From the NCBI GenBank assembly GCA_947441065.1, contig CANESI010000011.1, positions 5,584-69,583 on the forward strand: a stretch of 64,000 nucleotides of DNA, read 5' to 3'. This DNA is from Caulobacteraceae bacterium (GTDB lineage: Bacteria; Pseudomonadota; Alphaproteobacteria; Caulobacterales; Caulobacteraceae). Made by a program: the position numbers and the translations under genes. Shown one piece after another: positions 28,161-36,636 of this stretch (within the stretch, counting starts at the first letter, position 1; each line of letters opens with the position of its first letter). The notes beneath the pieces were generated by a model. The model did not search any database. It was not told where the DNA came from and worked only from the letters and a program-made list of their open reading frames with translations.

Positions 28161-29291
28161 CTAGCTATTTAGGACGATATTGCTTTCGACAGGGACGTCG
28201 GGGAAGTTTAGGCTCTGCTCGAAATCCATGAACACGTCGGTCAGCTCATCTGGACTGATGATCGGTGGGCGGCCATTGGGGAACTTGTAGCGCCAGAAAC
28301 TAATCACGTGATCCACCGCGCCGAGCCGTTCACCAAGCTGTGAAAACAGTTCAGGTGCCGTGATCAAAAAATCTCTGAAATCAGCGGGTTTTCCCTCCTT
28401 TGTCATGCGACTGTAGGAATGGTCATAGACCGCTATGGTACTCTTCACGCTTTGCGAAGCAGCGATGATTTTCTTGCGCAAATTGACTCGGGCATTGGAG
28501 ATGTAGACCCGGGTCTCATCATCCGTATTGCCACGCGGTTGGATCTTTTCGATCTGGCTCAAGATGTCTGGCAGCTTGGGCAGCATGTCTCCCAATTGCC
28601 ATTTGTAATAGATGAAGGCCTTCCAGCAGAAAATGCCTTCTTGGAACTGCATCCGGTCCATCTGCATGGTCAGGCGTAAAGGGTCTAGGTCACTGTCTGC
28701 AGAGTTGGCGAGAAGTTTACGGGCCAAGGTTCCGGCATAGGCAACATTGCCATCCTCACCCACCGACATCCGTACCAGGGCTTCAATTTCCTTCTGCGCG
28801 AAGGCGAACATCCGCGCCGTATCCGCATCCGAAATCTCGAAATAGCAGCGGGCGGGTTTGATGCCCTGTCTCGCCAACTGTTCGCGAATGAGGAAGGGAT
28901 CGAGGGATGGGGATTCGTCCAACAGCTGCAACACGGCCAGATCTGCTCTCAGATCTTGGATACGGGTGTTCAGCGTGTTGCAGAGAATTTCTTTGAAATT
29001 GTTCTGACCGATAAAAGCATATTGCCCACCCATGCGCAGGTCGCTGACCTCGATGGGCAGAATGATTTTGGTCGCCGAATTGCGCGCATAGGGAAAGGCG
29101 TCCATCTCGTTCGCCCGCAGCCTATGTTTCGTGATGATGGCGCGGTTTAGGGCGGCGTTCTGAAAGAGTGGAAACCGCGTATATTCTTCTGTCTGGCCCG
29201 ATCGAATTTGGACAGCGCGCAGATTGAGAACGCGCGCAGATGAGGCGCTGCTCTCAAGTTGAGCCAAATTGCGGACGGTACGGTCGTTCAT
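28161..29291 (-). CDS. Hypothetical protein, 376 aa (no family recognised)
   Basis: A long uninterrupted ORF with non-repetitive, protein-like composition (…FCWKAFIYYKWQLGDMLPKL…). GC is reduced, roughly half by eye. It is convergent with 27743..28153. Confidence 0.65.
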   Translation of the reverse strand: MNDRTVRNLAQLESSASSARVLNLRAVQIRSGQTEEYTRFPLFQNAALNRAIITKHRLRANEMDAFPYARNSATKIILPIEVSDLRMGGQYAFIGQNNFKEILCNTLNTRIQDLRADLAVLQLLDESPSLDPFLIREQLARQGIKPARCYFEISDADTARMFAFAQKEIEALVRMSVGEDGNVAYAGTLARKLLANSADSDLDPLRLTMQMDRMQFQEGIFCWKAFIYYKWQLGDMLPKLPDILSQIEKIQPRGNTDDETRVYISNARVNLRKKIIAASQSVKSTIAVYDHSYSRMTKEGKPADFRDFLITAPELFSQLGERLGAVDHVISFWRYKFPNGRPPIISPDELTDVFMDFEQSLNFPDVPVESNIVLNS

Positions 29292-29620
29292 TTATCCACT
29301 CGGTGGTGCTTGTCGATCAACGCTAACGGGGAGGAGAATCGTGTCTACACCCTAGGACGCTTATGGCAAAAACGATATTTATAATTCGCTAAAGAAATCA
29401 ATCTGAGAGAAAGGTTTTGCTCCTTCCCCTCCGTTAAAATCAGTCGGCTAGGGTCGCCGTGGGGATTAAGTCCTATCACTGTTCCCAATGAGGCAGGTCT
29501 GCGCGTCTCTTGTGCCTTGAACCCAGAGAATGCCCAGTCTATGCCCACCTCAACTCGGGCCATGCGGTCCTTGAAGAGACGCTCTTGCCGGATTACCGCA
29601 AGAGTTTGGGAGCTTGTCCT

Positions 29621-30196
29621 ATGGACCATTCCTTTTGGATCTCGACCTTTGTGGTCGCCTTGGCCGAGATCGGGGACAAGACCCAACTGTTAGCAATCCT
29701 CTTGGCCGCTCGGTTTAAGCGTCCTATCCCCATCATCTTAGGCATTCTGGTCGCTACCCTCGCTAATCACGGACTCGCGGCCACCTTGGGCTATTTCGTC
29801 TCAGGCATCTTGGCGGCCCAATGGTTTGGCTACGTCGTCGGTGCGTCGTTCTTGGTCATGGGCGCTTGGATCTTGGTGCCGGACAAGGCCGAAGAGTTGG
29901 ATGCAAAGCCTCCGAAATTTGGTATCTTCGCCACCACGGCCATCGCCTTCTTCCTCGTGGAAAATGGCGACAAGACCCAGATTGCGACGGTTGCCTTGGC
30001 AGCCAAATATCACGACATATTCTGGGTCGCTGCGGGCACGACAGCAGGCATGATGTTGGCCAATGTTCCAGCGGTTCTGTTGGGCGAGGCGGCCACCAAG
30101 GTTGCCCCTATGGCGGTTGTGCGCATGGCAGCGGCGGGCCTTTTCGCCGCGATTGGGGTCTGGACCCTGCTCCAAACCTCAGGACTGTTGGGATAG
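29621..30196 (+). CDS. UPF0016 (GDT1/TMEM165) family membrane protein, putative Mn2+/Ca2+ transporter
   Basis: The start is trimmed to ATG 29621 (GGGAG 8 nt upstream). The two signature E-x-G-D-K-T motifs are present (AEIGDKTQ and VENGDKTQ), and the protein is multi-TM hydrophobic. Confidence 0.85.
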   Translation: MDHSFWISTFVVALAEIGDKTQLLAILLAARFKRPIPIILGILVATLANHGLAATLGYFVSGILAAQWFGYVVGASFLVMGAWILVPDKAEELDAKPPKFGIFATTAIAFFLVENGDKTQIATVALAAKYHDIFWVAAGTTAGMMLANVPAVLLGEAATKVAPMAVVRMAAAGLFAAIGVWTLLQTSGLLG

Positions 30197-30199
30197 GCC

Positions 30200-30703
30200 A
30201 TGGCTGAAGCCTTTAACGACAAGGTTTTATCTGCTGATCGTGCGGCCCGCTATGGCGAGGTCGCACAAGAGATTGCGGCGGTTCTGGAGGGCGAGACGAA
30301 CCTCACGGCGCGGATGGCGACGGTTGCCTCAATGCTGGCCAACAGTTTCGAGCCCTTTTTCTGGACCGGGTTCTATTGCGTTGATCCGGCCAAGCCCGAT
30401 GAGTTGGTCGTCGGGCCCTATCAGGGAACGCTCGGCTGCCTGCGCATAGCCTTTGGGCGCGGCGTCTGCGGTGCGGCGGCGCTGACGGGCAAGACTCAAC
30501 TGGTCAAGGATGTTCATGCCTTTCCCGGTCACATTGCCTGTGACGGCCGGTCCCAGAGCGAGATTGTGGTGCCGGTCTTTGATGCTGATGGCCAATTGAT
30601 CGCTGTTTTTGATGTCGACTCCGATCAGCCCGCCGCCTTTGAGGAGGTTGATCAGGTGTGGCTTGAGCAGATCCTCAAGGACACCTTCTCCACGCCCATC
30701 TAG
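30200..30703 (+). CDS. GAF-domain protein (free methionine-(R)-sulfoxide reductase MsrC/YebR-like)
   Basis: 167 aa. The sequence FYCVDPAKPDELVVGPYQGTLGCLRIAFGRGVCGAAA...SEIVVPVF matches the pattern of the YebR-type GAF family. Confidence 0.75.
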   Translation: MAEAFNDKVLSADRAARYGEVAQEIAAVLEGETNLTARMATVASMLANSFEPFFWTGFYCVDPAKPDELVVGPYQGTLGCLRIAFGRGVCGAAALTGKTQLVKDVHAFPGHIACDGRSQSEIVVPVFDADGQLIAVFDVDSDQPAAFEEVDQVWLEQILKDTFSTPI

Positions 30704-30772
30704 TCGCCTTCGCGCAGGATTGACCTAAGGAAAGGTCTAGACAGGGCGCGATCCTAGAGGTCTGATCTGTCC

Positions 30773-33700
30773 ATGACCCAGATCACAGCTCAAATGCGCC
30801 CGCTCACCCGCCTGCTCGTCGCCAATCGCGGCGAGATCGCCATTCGCGTCCTTCGGGCCGCCGCAGACCTTGGCATGGCCACCGTCGCGGTCTTTTCCGA
30901 GGATGATGCGACCTCCTTGCACATCAAACAGGCCGATAGGGCCGTGGCGCTCAAGGGCGTGGGGGCAGGGGCCTATCTGGACGGGGCGGCGATTATCGCC
31001 GTAGCCAAGGCTGAGGGCTGCGATGCCATCCATCCCGGCTATGGGTTCCTGAGCGAAAATGCCAGCTTTGCCGCCGCTTGCGCCGAGGCGGGCCTTGTCT
31101 TTGTCGGCCCGAGCCCTGAAATGCTGGCCCTGTTCGGTGACAAGGGCGCGGCGCGTGATCTGGCCGCGAGGCTGGGCGTGCCCCTGCTGGCCGGGATCAA
31201 TCGATCTGTGTCGCTGGACGAGGCCAAGGCCTTCTTTGCCGCTCAGGGCTCTGGCGGGGCCATGATGATCAAGGCCTTGGCGGGCGGCGGCGGACGCGGC
31301 ATGCGGGTCATTACCCAGGCCGATCAGATCGACGCGGCCTATGAGCGCTGCGCCTCCGAGGCCAAGGCCGCCTTTGGCGATGGTGGGCTCTATGTCGAGC
31401 GCCTGATCCGCCGTGCGCGTCACGTCGAGATTCAAATTATTGGCGACGGGGGCGTGGTTCTGGCCCTTGGCGAGCGCGAATGTACCCTTCAGCGCCAGCA
31501 TCAAAAGCTGATCGAGGTCGCACCGAGCCCGAGCCTGACGCCCGCTCTGCGCCAACGTCTGGTCGATGCGGCCCTGAGTATGGCCAAGGCCTGCGCCTAT
31601 CGCAGTCTGGGCACGTTCGAGTTTTTGGTGGATGCGCAGGCCGATCCTGACGGCGAGGATGCCTTCGCCTTCATCGAGGCCAATCCACGTCTTCAGGTCG
31701 AGCATACGGTGACCGAGGCCGTCACCGGCCTTGATCTGGTGGCCCTGCAACTGGGTGTCGCCGGGGGGCAGAGCCTCGCCGATCTGGGCCTGACGCCTGA
31801 CAGCGTGCCCGCGCCGCGCGGCTATGCCATCCAGCTTCGGGTCAATATGGAGACCATGGACGCTCAGGGTCACGCCCGACCCTCCAGCGGCACTTTGAGC
31901 CTTTTTGAGCCACCCAGCGGTCCGGGCGTGCGGGTCGATAGTTTCGGCTATGCCGGTTTTCGGCCTAGCCCCCATTTTGACAGCCTCTCGGCCAAGGTCA
32001 TTGTCTCGAGCTCTAGTCCCCATTTCGACCGGGCCGTCGCCGCAGCATCGCGCGCGTTGGCCCAGTTCCGCCTTGAGGGCGTGGCGAGCAATATCGGCTT
32101 TCTTCAAGCCTTACTTAAAAGGCCAGAACTACAATCTAATCAAATCTATACACGATTTATTGAAGACCATGCATCAAGCCTTTTGGCCGATCAATCGAGC
32201 GCGCCAACCGCGCAATATTTCGCGGCCAATACGGTGGCAGCCAGCAGCGCCAGCGCCAGTCTTGCGGCGGGTCCAGAGGGCAGCCTGCCTCTAAGCGCGC
32301 CCATGTCGGGCAAGCTGGTCGGCACGGATGTGGCCATCGGTGATCTGGTCCGTGAAGGCCAGCAGGTCGCGGTGCTGGAATCGATGAAGATGGAGCATGT
32401 CATTGTCGCTGACCGTAGTGGCTATGTCCGCGCCATCGGCCCAGCGGCGGGGGATACAGTGTTCGAAGCCGACGCCCTGATGTTCATCGAACCGGCAGAG
32501 GTAGGCGCAGCGGTCGCAGAGACCGAGACGGTCGTCGATCTGGACCATATCCGACCCGACCTTGCCACCGTCATTGAAAGCCATTCCTACGGCTTGGATG
32601 AGAACCGTCCCGAGGCCGTGGCGCGTCGTCATGGCCGCAATCAGCGCATGGTGCGCGAGAATATTGCCGATCTCTGCGACGAGGGTAGCTTCATCGAATA
32701 TGGCGCTCTGGCCGTCGCGGCTCAGCGCCGACGTCGCTCGCTGGATGATCTGGTACGCAACACGCCCGCTGACGGCATGATCACTGGCATTGGCTCGGTC
32801 AACGGGGCTCACTTTAGCGAAGATAAGGCCCGCACGGCTGTCCTCGCCTATGACTTTACGGTTCTGGCCGGCACCCAAGGCCATATGAACCACAAGAAGA
32901 CCGACCGACTTCTCGGCATTATCGAAGAGTGGAAAATCCCGACGGTCCTGTTCGCAGAGGGCGGCGGCGGGCGTCCGGGGGATGTCGATTCCATCGGGGT
33001 GGCGGGTCTGGATGTACCCAGCTTCCTGTCCATGGCCAAGCTGAGCGGTCAGGCCCCTCTGGTCGGCATTGTCTCGGGCCGCTGTTTTGCCGGAAACGCA
33101 GCGCTGCTTGGCTGCACCGATGTGATCATTGCCACCCAGGACTCCAATATCGGCATGGGTGGCCCGGCCATGATCGAGGGTGGCGGTCTGGGCGTCTATC
33201 GGCCTGAAGATATTGGCCCCATCGATGTTCAGACCAAGAACGGCGTGGTCGATATTGCCGTCGCCGACGAGGCTGAGGCGGTGGACGTGGCCAAGCGCTA
33301 TCTGTCCTATTTCCAAGGCACCTTGGCCGACTGGACCTGCGCCGATCAAAGGCTGCTGCGCCAAGCCATCCCGGAAAATCGCCTGCGGGCCTATGAGGTG
33401 CGCAAGGTCATTGAGATCCTGGCCGATAGCGGCTCAGTCCTAGAGCTTCGGGCCGCCTTTGGTCTGGGCATGGTGACCTGTCTGATCCGGATCGAGGGCC
33501 GTGCCTTTGGTCTGATGGCCAATAATCCGCACCATCTGGGCGGGGCTATCGATGCCGATGCCGCCGATAAGGCCGCGCGGTTCATGCAGCTTTGCGAGGC
33601 CTATGGCCTGCCGATCCTGTCGCTCTGCGATACGCCCGGCTTTATGGTCGGGCCCGATGTCGAAAAGACCGCTCAGGTGCGCCATGTCAGCCGCATGTTC

Positions 33701-34105
33701 GTCACTGCCGCCAGCATGACCGTGCCCTTCTTTGCCGTGGTCCTGCGCAAGGGCTATGGGCTTGGTGCCCAGTCCATGACGGGGGGCAGCTTCCATGCTC
33801 CTGTGTTCAATATCAGTTGGCCCACCGGCGAGTTTGGCGGCATGGGCCTAGAGGGCGCCGTTCGCCTCGGTTTCAAAAAGGAGCTTGAGGCCATCGCCGA
33901 TCCCGAAGCCCGCGAGGCCGAGTTCCGCAAACGGGTGGATCGCTCCTATGCCATAGGCAAGGCCGTCAATATGGCCGCGCACCTCGAGATCGACGCCGTG
34001 ATTGACCCGATGGAAACTCGCCGCTGGGTCATCCGAGGTGTTAAATCCGTGCCGCCGCGCGTCGATGGTGGCCATGGTCGCAAGCGTTTCATTGATGCAT
34101 GGTAG
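30773..34105 (+). CDS. Single-chain acyl-CoA carboxylase (biotin carboxylase + BCCP + carboxyltransferase fused)
   Basis: 1110 aa. It has an N-terminal BC ATP-grasp domain (LLVANRGEIAIRVLRAA...), the biotinylation motif ESMKMEH at about aa 530, and a C-terminal crotonase-fold CT domain (…GIGSVNG…GTQGHMNHKK…FAEGGGGRPGD…). Confidence 0.85.
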   Translation: MTQITAQMRPLTRLLVANRGEIAIRVLRAAADLGMATVAVFSEDDATSLHIKQADRAVALKGVGAGAYLDGAAIIAVAKAEGCDAIHPGYGFLSENASFAAACAEAGLVFVGPSPEMLALFGDKGAARDLAARLGVPLLAGINRSVSLDEAKAFFAAQGSGGAMMIKALAGGGGRGMRVITQADQIDAAYERCASEAKAAFGDGGLYVERLIRRARHVEIQIIGDGGVVLALGERECTLQRQHQKLIEVAPSPSLTPALRQRLVDAALSMAKACAYRSLGTFEFLVDAQADPDGEDAFAFIEANPRLQVEHTVTEAVTGLDLVALQLGVAGGQSLADLGLTPDSVPAPRGYAIQLRVNMETMDAQGHARPSSGTLSLFEPPSGPGVRVDSFGYAGFRPSPHFDSLSAKVIVSSSSPHFDRAVAAASRALAQFRLEGVASNIGFLQALLKRPELQSNQIYTRFIEDHASSLLADQSSAPTAQYFAANTVAASSASASLAAGPEGSLPLSAPMSGKLVGTDVAIGDLVREGQQVAVLESMKMEHVIVADRSGYVRAIGPAAGDTVFEADALMFIEPAEVGAAVAETETVVDLDHIRPDLATVIESHSYGLDENRPEAVARRHGRNQRMVRENIADLCDEGSFIEYGALAVAAQRRRRSLDDLVRNTPADGMITGIGSVNGAHFSEDKARTAVLAYDFTVLAGTQGHMNHKKTDRLLGIIEEWKIPTVLFAEGGGGRPGDVDSIGVAGLDVPSFLSMAKLSGQAPLVGIVSGRCFAGNAALLGCTDVIIATQDSNIGMGGPAMIEGGGLGVYRPEDIGPIDVQTKNGVVDIAVADEAEAVDVAKRYLSYFQGTLADWTCADQRLLRQAIPENRLRAYEVRKVIEILADSGSVLELRAAFGLGMVTCLIRIEGRAFGLMANNPHHLGGAIDADAADKAARFMQLCEAYGLPILSLCDTPGFMVGPDVEKTAQVRHVSRMFVTAASMTVPFFAVVLRKGYGLGAQSMTGGSFHAPVFNISWPTGEFGGMGLEGAVRLGFKKELEAIADPEAREAEFRKRVDRSYAIGKAVNMAAHLEIDAVIDPMETRRWVIRGVKSVPPRVDGGHGRKRFIDAW

Positions 34106-34199
34106 GCTGTGACGGCGGCGCGGTGCCCAGTCAGCCAGTCCCTTTTCTCGTGAAGAGGTCGCGGCTTTTCGTGTACAAGGCCCGCCACAAAGGGGGCGG

Positions 34200-35276
34200 T
34201 TGGCGCCTCCCAATGGACCCCGCCCCTTGAGCAGCGCCCCCTATCCCTGGCACCGCCTGTCGGTTGCGCCGATGATGGACTGGACAGACCGGCACTGCCG
34301 GGTGCTGCACCGGACCCTGTCGCGGCGCGTGCTGCTCTATAGCGAGATGGTGACCACGGGGGCGGTGCTGCACGGCGATTTGGAGCGGTTGCTGGGCTTT
34401 GATCCGGTCGAACATCCGGTGGCGCTCCAGCTTGGCGGCTCGGACCCGGCGGACTTGGCGGCGTCGGCCAAGATCGGGGCCGACTGGGGCTATGACGAGA
34501 TCAATCTCAATGTCGGCTGTCCCTCGGACCGGGTCCAGAGTGGGCGTTTTGGGGCCTGCCTGATGCGCGAGCCGCAGTTGGTGGCCGAATGCATGGCGGC
34601 GATGGCTGAGGCTGTGAATGTGCCGGTGACCGTCAAGTGCCGCATCGGCGTTGATGAGCAAGACCCGACCGAGGCCCTCTTCGCCATGGTCGAGGGCTGC
34701 GCGGCGGTTGGGGTCATGACCTTCATCGTCCATGCGCGCAAGGCCTGGCTCAAGGGCCTATCGCCTAAAGAAAACCGGGATATACCGCCGCTCGACTATC
34801 CGTTGGTCTGGCGCTTGAAGGCCGAGCGGCCCGACCTGACCATCATCATCAATGGCGGCATTGCCACGCTGGATGAGGCGCTCAGTCATCTGGATCATGT
34901 CGACGGAGTGATGATGGGCCGCGCGGCCTATCACGACGCGGGACAGCTGGGCCAGGTCGATCGCCGTATCTTTGGCGAGGAGGTCGCTGATCTGGACGCG
35001 GCCGATGCGGTGCGGGCCTATCTGCCCTATGTTTGCGCCCAGTTAGAGACTGGCGTGCCGCTGGCCCACATGACCCGCCACATGCTCGGCCTCTTCCATG
35101 GCCGCAAGGGCGCGCGAACCTGGCGGCGGATCTTGACGGTTGAGGGGTCTAAGGCTGGGGCCGGTATTGAGGTGATTTTGGAAGCGTTGGAGGGGGTTGA
35201 GCAATCAAGTAAGGCCCTCACCCAACCCTCTCCCACAGGGAGAGGGCTTATCCGCTCTAGCCCTTTCCCCCCTTAA
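34200..35276 (+). CDS. dusA: tRNA-dihydrouridine(20/20a) synthase
   Basis: Carries the DusA signature SVAPMMDWTDRHCR and a TIM-barrel FMN region. The TTG start from the ORF track is uncertain. The last 22 or so codons (from 35211) lie inside repeat cluster R5. Confidence 0.88.
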   Translation: MAPPNGPRPLSSAPYPWHRLSVAPMMDWTDRHCRVLHRTLSRRVLLYSEMVTTGAVLHGDLERLLGFDPVEHPVALQLGGSDPADLAASAKIGADWGYDEINLNVGCPSDRVQSGRFGACLMREPQLVAECMAAMAEAVNVPVTVKCRIGVDEQDPTEALFAMVEGCAAVGVMTFIVHARKAWLKGLSPKENRDIPPLDYPLVWRLKAERPDLTIIINGGIATLDEALSHLDHVDGVMMGRAAYHDAGQLGQVDRRIFGEEVADLDAADAVRAYLPYVCAQLETGVPLAHMTRHMLGLFHGRKGARTWRRILTVEGSKAGAGIEVILEALEGVEQSSKALTQPSPTGRGLIRSSPFPP

Positions 35277-35801
35277 GGGGGAGAGGGTTGGGAGTGGGGG
35301 GTGTTTATCCACGATCCTCACCCTCGCGTTCCCCGCGAAAGCGACGGTCCAGCGGGCCACTTTCCGACTGAGTGAAAAGATCTGGGTCCCCGCCTTCGCG
35401 GGGAAAACGGAAGAAAGAAAACAAGACCCCCTTCGGCCCTTTGGGCCACTTCCCCCAGAGGGGGAAGATTTACCGTCCCTAGATCTTCCCCCTCTGGGGG
35501 AAGTACCGGCGAAGCCGGGGTAGGGGGTCATCCACCAACCCCTTCGCGTCATTGCGAGCGCAGCGAAGCAACCGAGGGGGCTGACACGGACCTGAATTGA
35601 TGATGCCCTGGTTTGCTTTGGCGCGGTGGGCCGTTTTCTTTGTGTGAAAAGGTCTGGGTCCCCGCCTTCGCGGGGAAAACGGAAAAAAGAAAACAAGACC
35701 CCCTTCGGCCCTTCGGGCCACTTCCCCCAGAGGGGGAAGATTTACCGTCCCTAGATCTTCCCCCTCTGGGGGAAGTACCGGCGAAGCCGGGGTAGGGGGT
35801 C
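35211..35801. repeat. Mosaic intergenic repeat cluster R5 (units A-inv, B'-inv, C-D, E, C-D), about 590 bp
   Basis: There are two C-D units (35352-35526 and 35641-35801), each with 21-nt inverted arms (for example 35449-35469 and 35483-35503). They are separated by an E unit carrying CGTCATTGCGAGCGCAGCGAAGCAACC. The right-hand 360 bp or so is repeated at 37664-38020. Confidence 0.9.
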
Positions 35802-35832
35802 TTACTTAGGCACCCAGACAGATCAGGAAGCC

Positions 35833-36057
35833 TTAAGCGAGGCCGAGCTTTTCTGGGCTGATCTTGGACTTGCGGGAGGGAAGGTCGGCCATGATGGCGG
35901 TGCGCGCATCCTCTTCCAAACGACCCCATCCACCGATCTCGGAGAGGGTGCGAAAACAGCCCAGACAAAGACCGCTGGCTCCATCGACGATGCAGACCTT
36001 GATGCAGGGCGTGGTGATGGGGCGGGGCGGCTTGTTCATAGACCTGATCTTGCCCAT
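35833..36057 (-). CDS. DUF1289 domain protein (small Cys-rich, Fe-S-type)
   Basis: 74 aa with the pattern PCIKVCIVDGASGLCLGCFRTLSEIGGW, typical of DUF1289/YdhL. Confidence 0.75.
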   Translation of the reverse strand: MGKIRSMNKPPRPITTPCIKVCIVDGASGLCLGCFRTLSEIGGWGRLEEDARTAIMADLPSRKSKISPEKLGLA

Positions 36058-36104
36058 TTGGCCTCGTCGATCAAGCCGTAACCGATCAGGCAGGCCCCAC
36101 CCTA

Positions 36105-36533
36105 TTAGACAGGCAGGGCGTAGGCGACCATCGCGCTGGCGCAGGGCTTGTCGGGCCCTTCGGTGTGAAGGTGCACCTCGGCGGTGGCGATCCGGCGTCC
36201 AAGCTTGAGCAGGCGCACATCCGCCGTCAGCGGACCTGGCTTGGCAGGGCGCAGAAAATGCATGGTCAGAGAGGTGGTGACGGCCATCGGCTGCTCGCCA
36301 ATATGGGCTAGGACCATGGCATAGACGGCGGTGTCGGCCACACTCATCATGGTCGGGCCAGAGATCACGCCGCCGGGCCGCAAGGTGCGCTCATTATAGG
36401 GCAGGACCAAACGCGCCCGGCCCGGCACGACCTCTATGACCTCGGCGATGGCCGCGTCGGTGGTGAGGGGAAAGGCGCGCTTCAGGAAGGCATTGAGCGC
36501 TTCGGCATCGAGTTTGAGAACATCGCTGGACAT
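36105..36533 (-). CDS. PaaI-family hotdog-fold thioesterase
   Basis: 142 aa with a PaaI-like core (RPGGVISGPTMMSVADTAVYAMV...). Confidence 0.7.
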   Translation of the reverse strand: MSSDVLKLDAEALNAFLKRAFPLTTDAAIAEVIEVVPGRARLVLPYNERTLRPGGVISGPTMMSVADTAVYAMVLAHIGEQPMAVTTSLTMHFLRPAKPGPLTADVRLLKLGRRIATAEVHLHTEGPDKPCASAMVAYALPV

Positions 36534-36636
36534 GAGCCCTTGTAGGCGTGCCCAAAAGTCAGATCAAGACGATCGCTAAGGGCTCTCGTGACACTGACCC
36601 CTAGGCAGGGCAGCGGCGGGAGGCTATGGGCAAGGG

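Noticed and set aside
29440-29580. Confident assignment of the UPF0016 leader to the yybP-ykoY Mn2+ riboswitch family.
   Set aside because: The conserved loop sequences I remember for that family (GGGGAGUAG and the 3' GAGAC-containing element) are not matched cleanly. Only the context and the terminal hairpin support it, so it is kept as a low-interest hypothesis rather than an annotated feature.
30737-32107. A 456-aa ORF antisense to the carboxylase gene. Similar long antisense or out-of-frame ORFs occur at 26061-27464, 9733-11004, 40654-41889, 42415-44070, 48914-50440 and 34131-34733.
   Set aside because: They lie opposite or out of frame to genes with unmistakable family signatures. Their translations are Arg/Gly/Ala/Pro-rich and low in complexity, with no recognisable motifs. 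Long stop-free shadow frames are expected in high-GC DNA.
35205-35968. ORFs of 60-163 aa lying inside the repeat clusters: 35205-35696, 35549-35968, 37537-37962, 4572-4805, 46630-46893 and 10840-11025.
   Set aside because: Their sequences are simply translated repeat units (PSPTGRGL, FPLWGKYRRSRGRG, SLRAQRSNP, FPAKAGTQ). They recur in different frames and orientations and have no RBS or start context, so they are artefacts of palindromic repeats.
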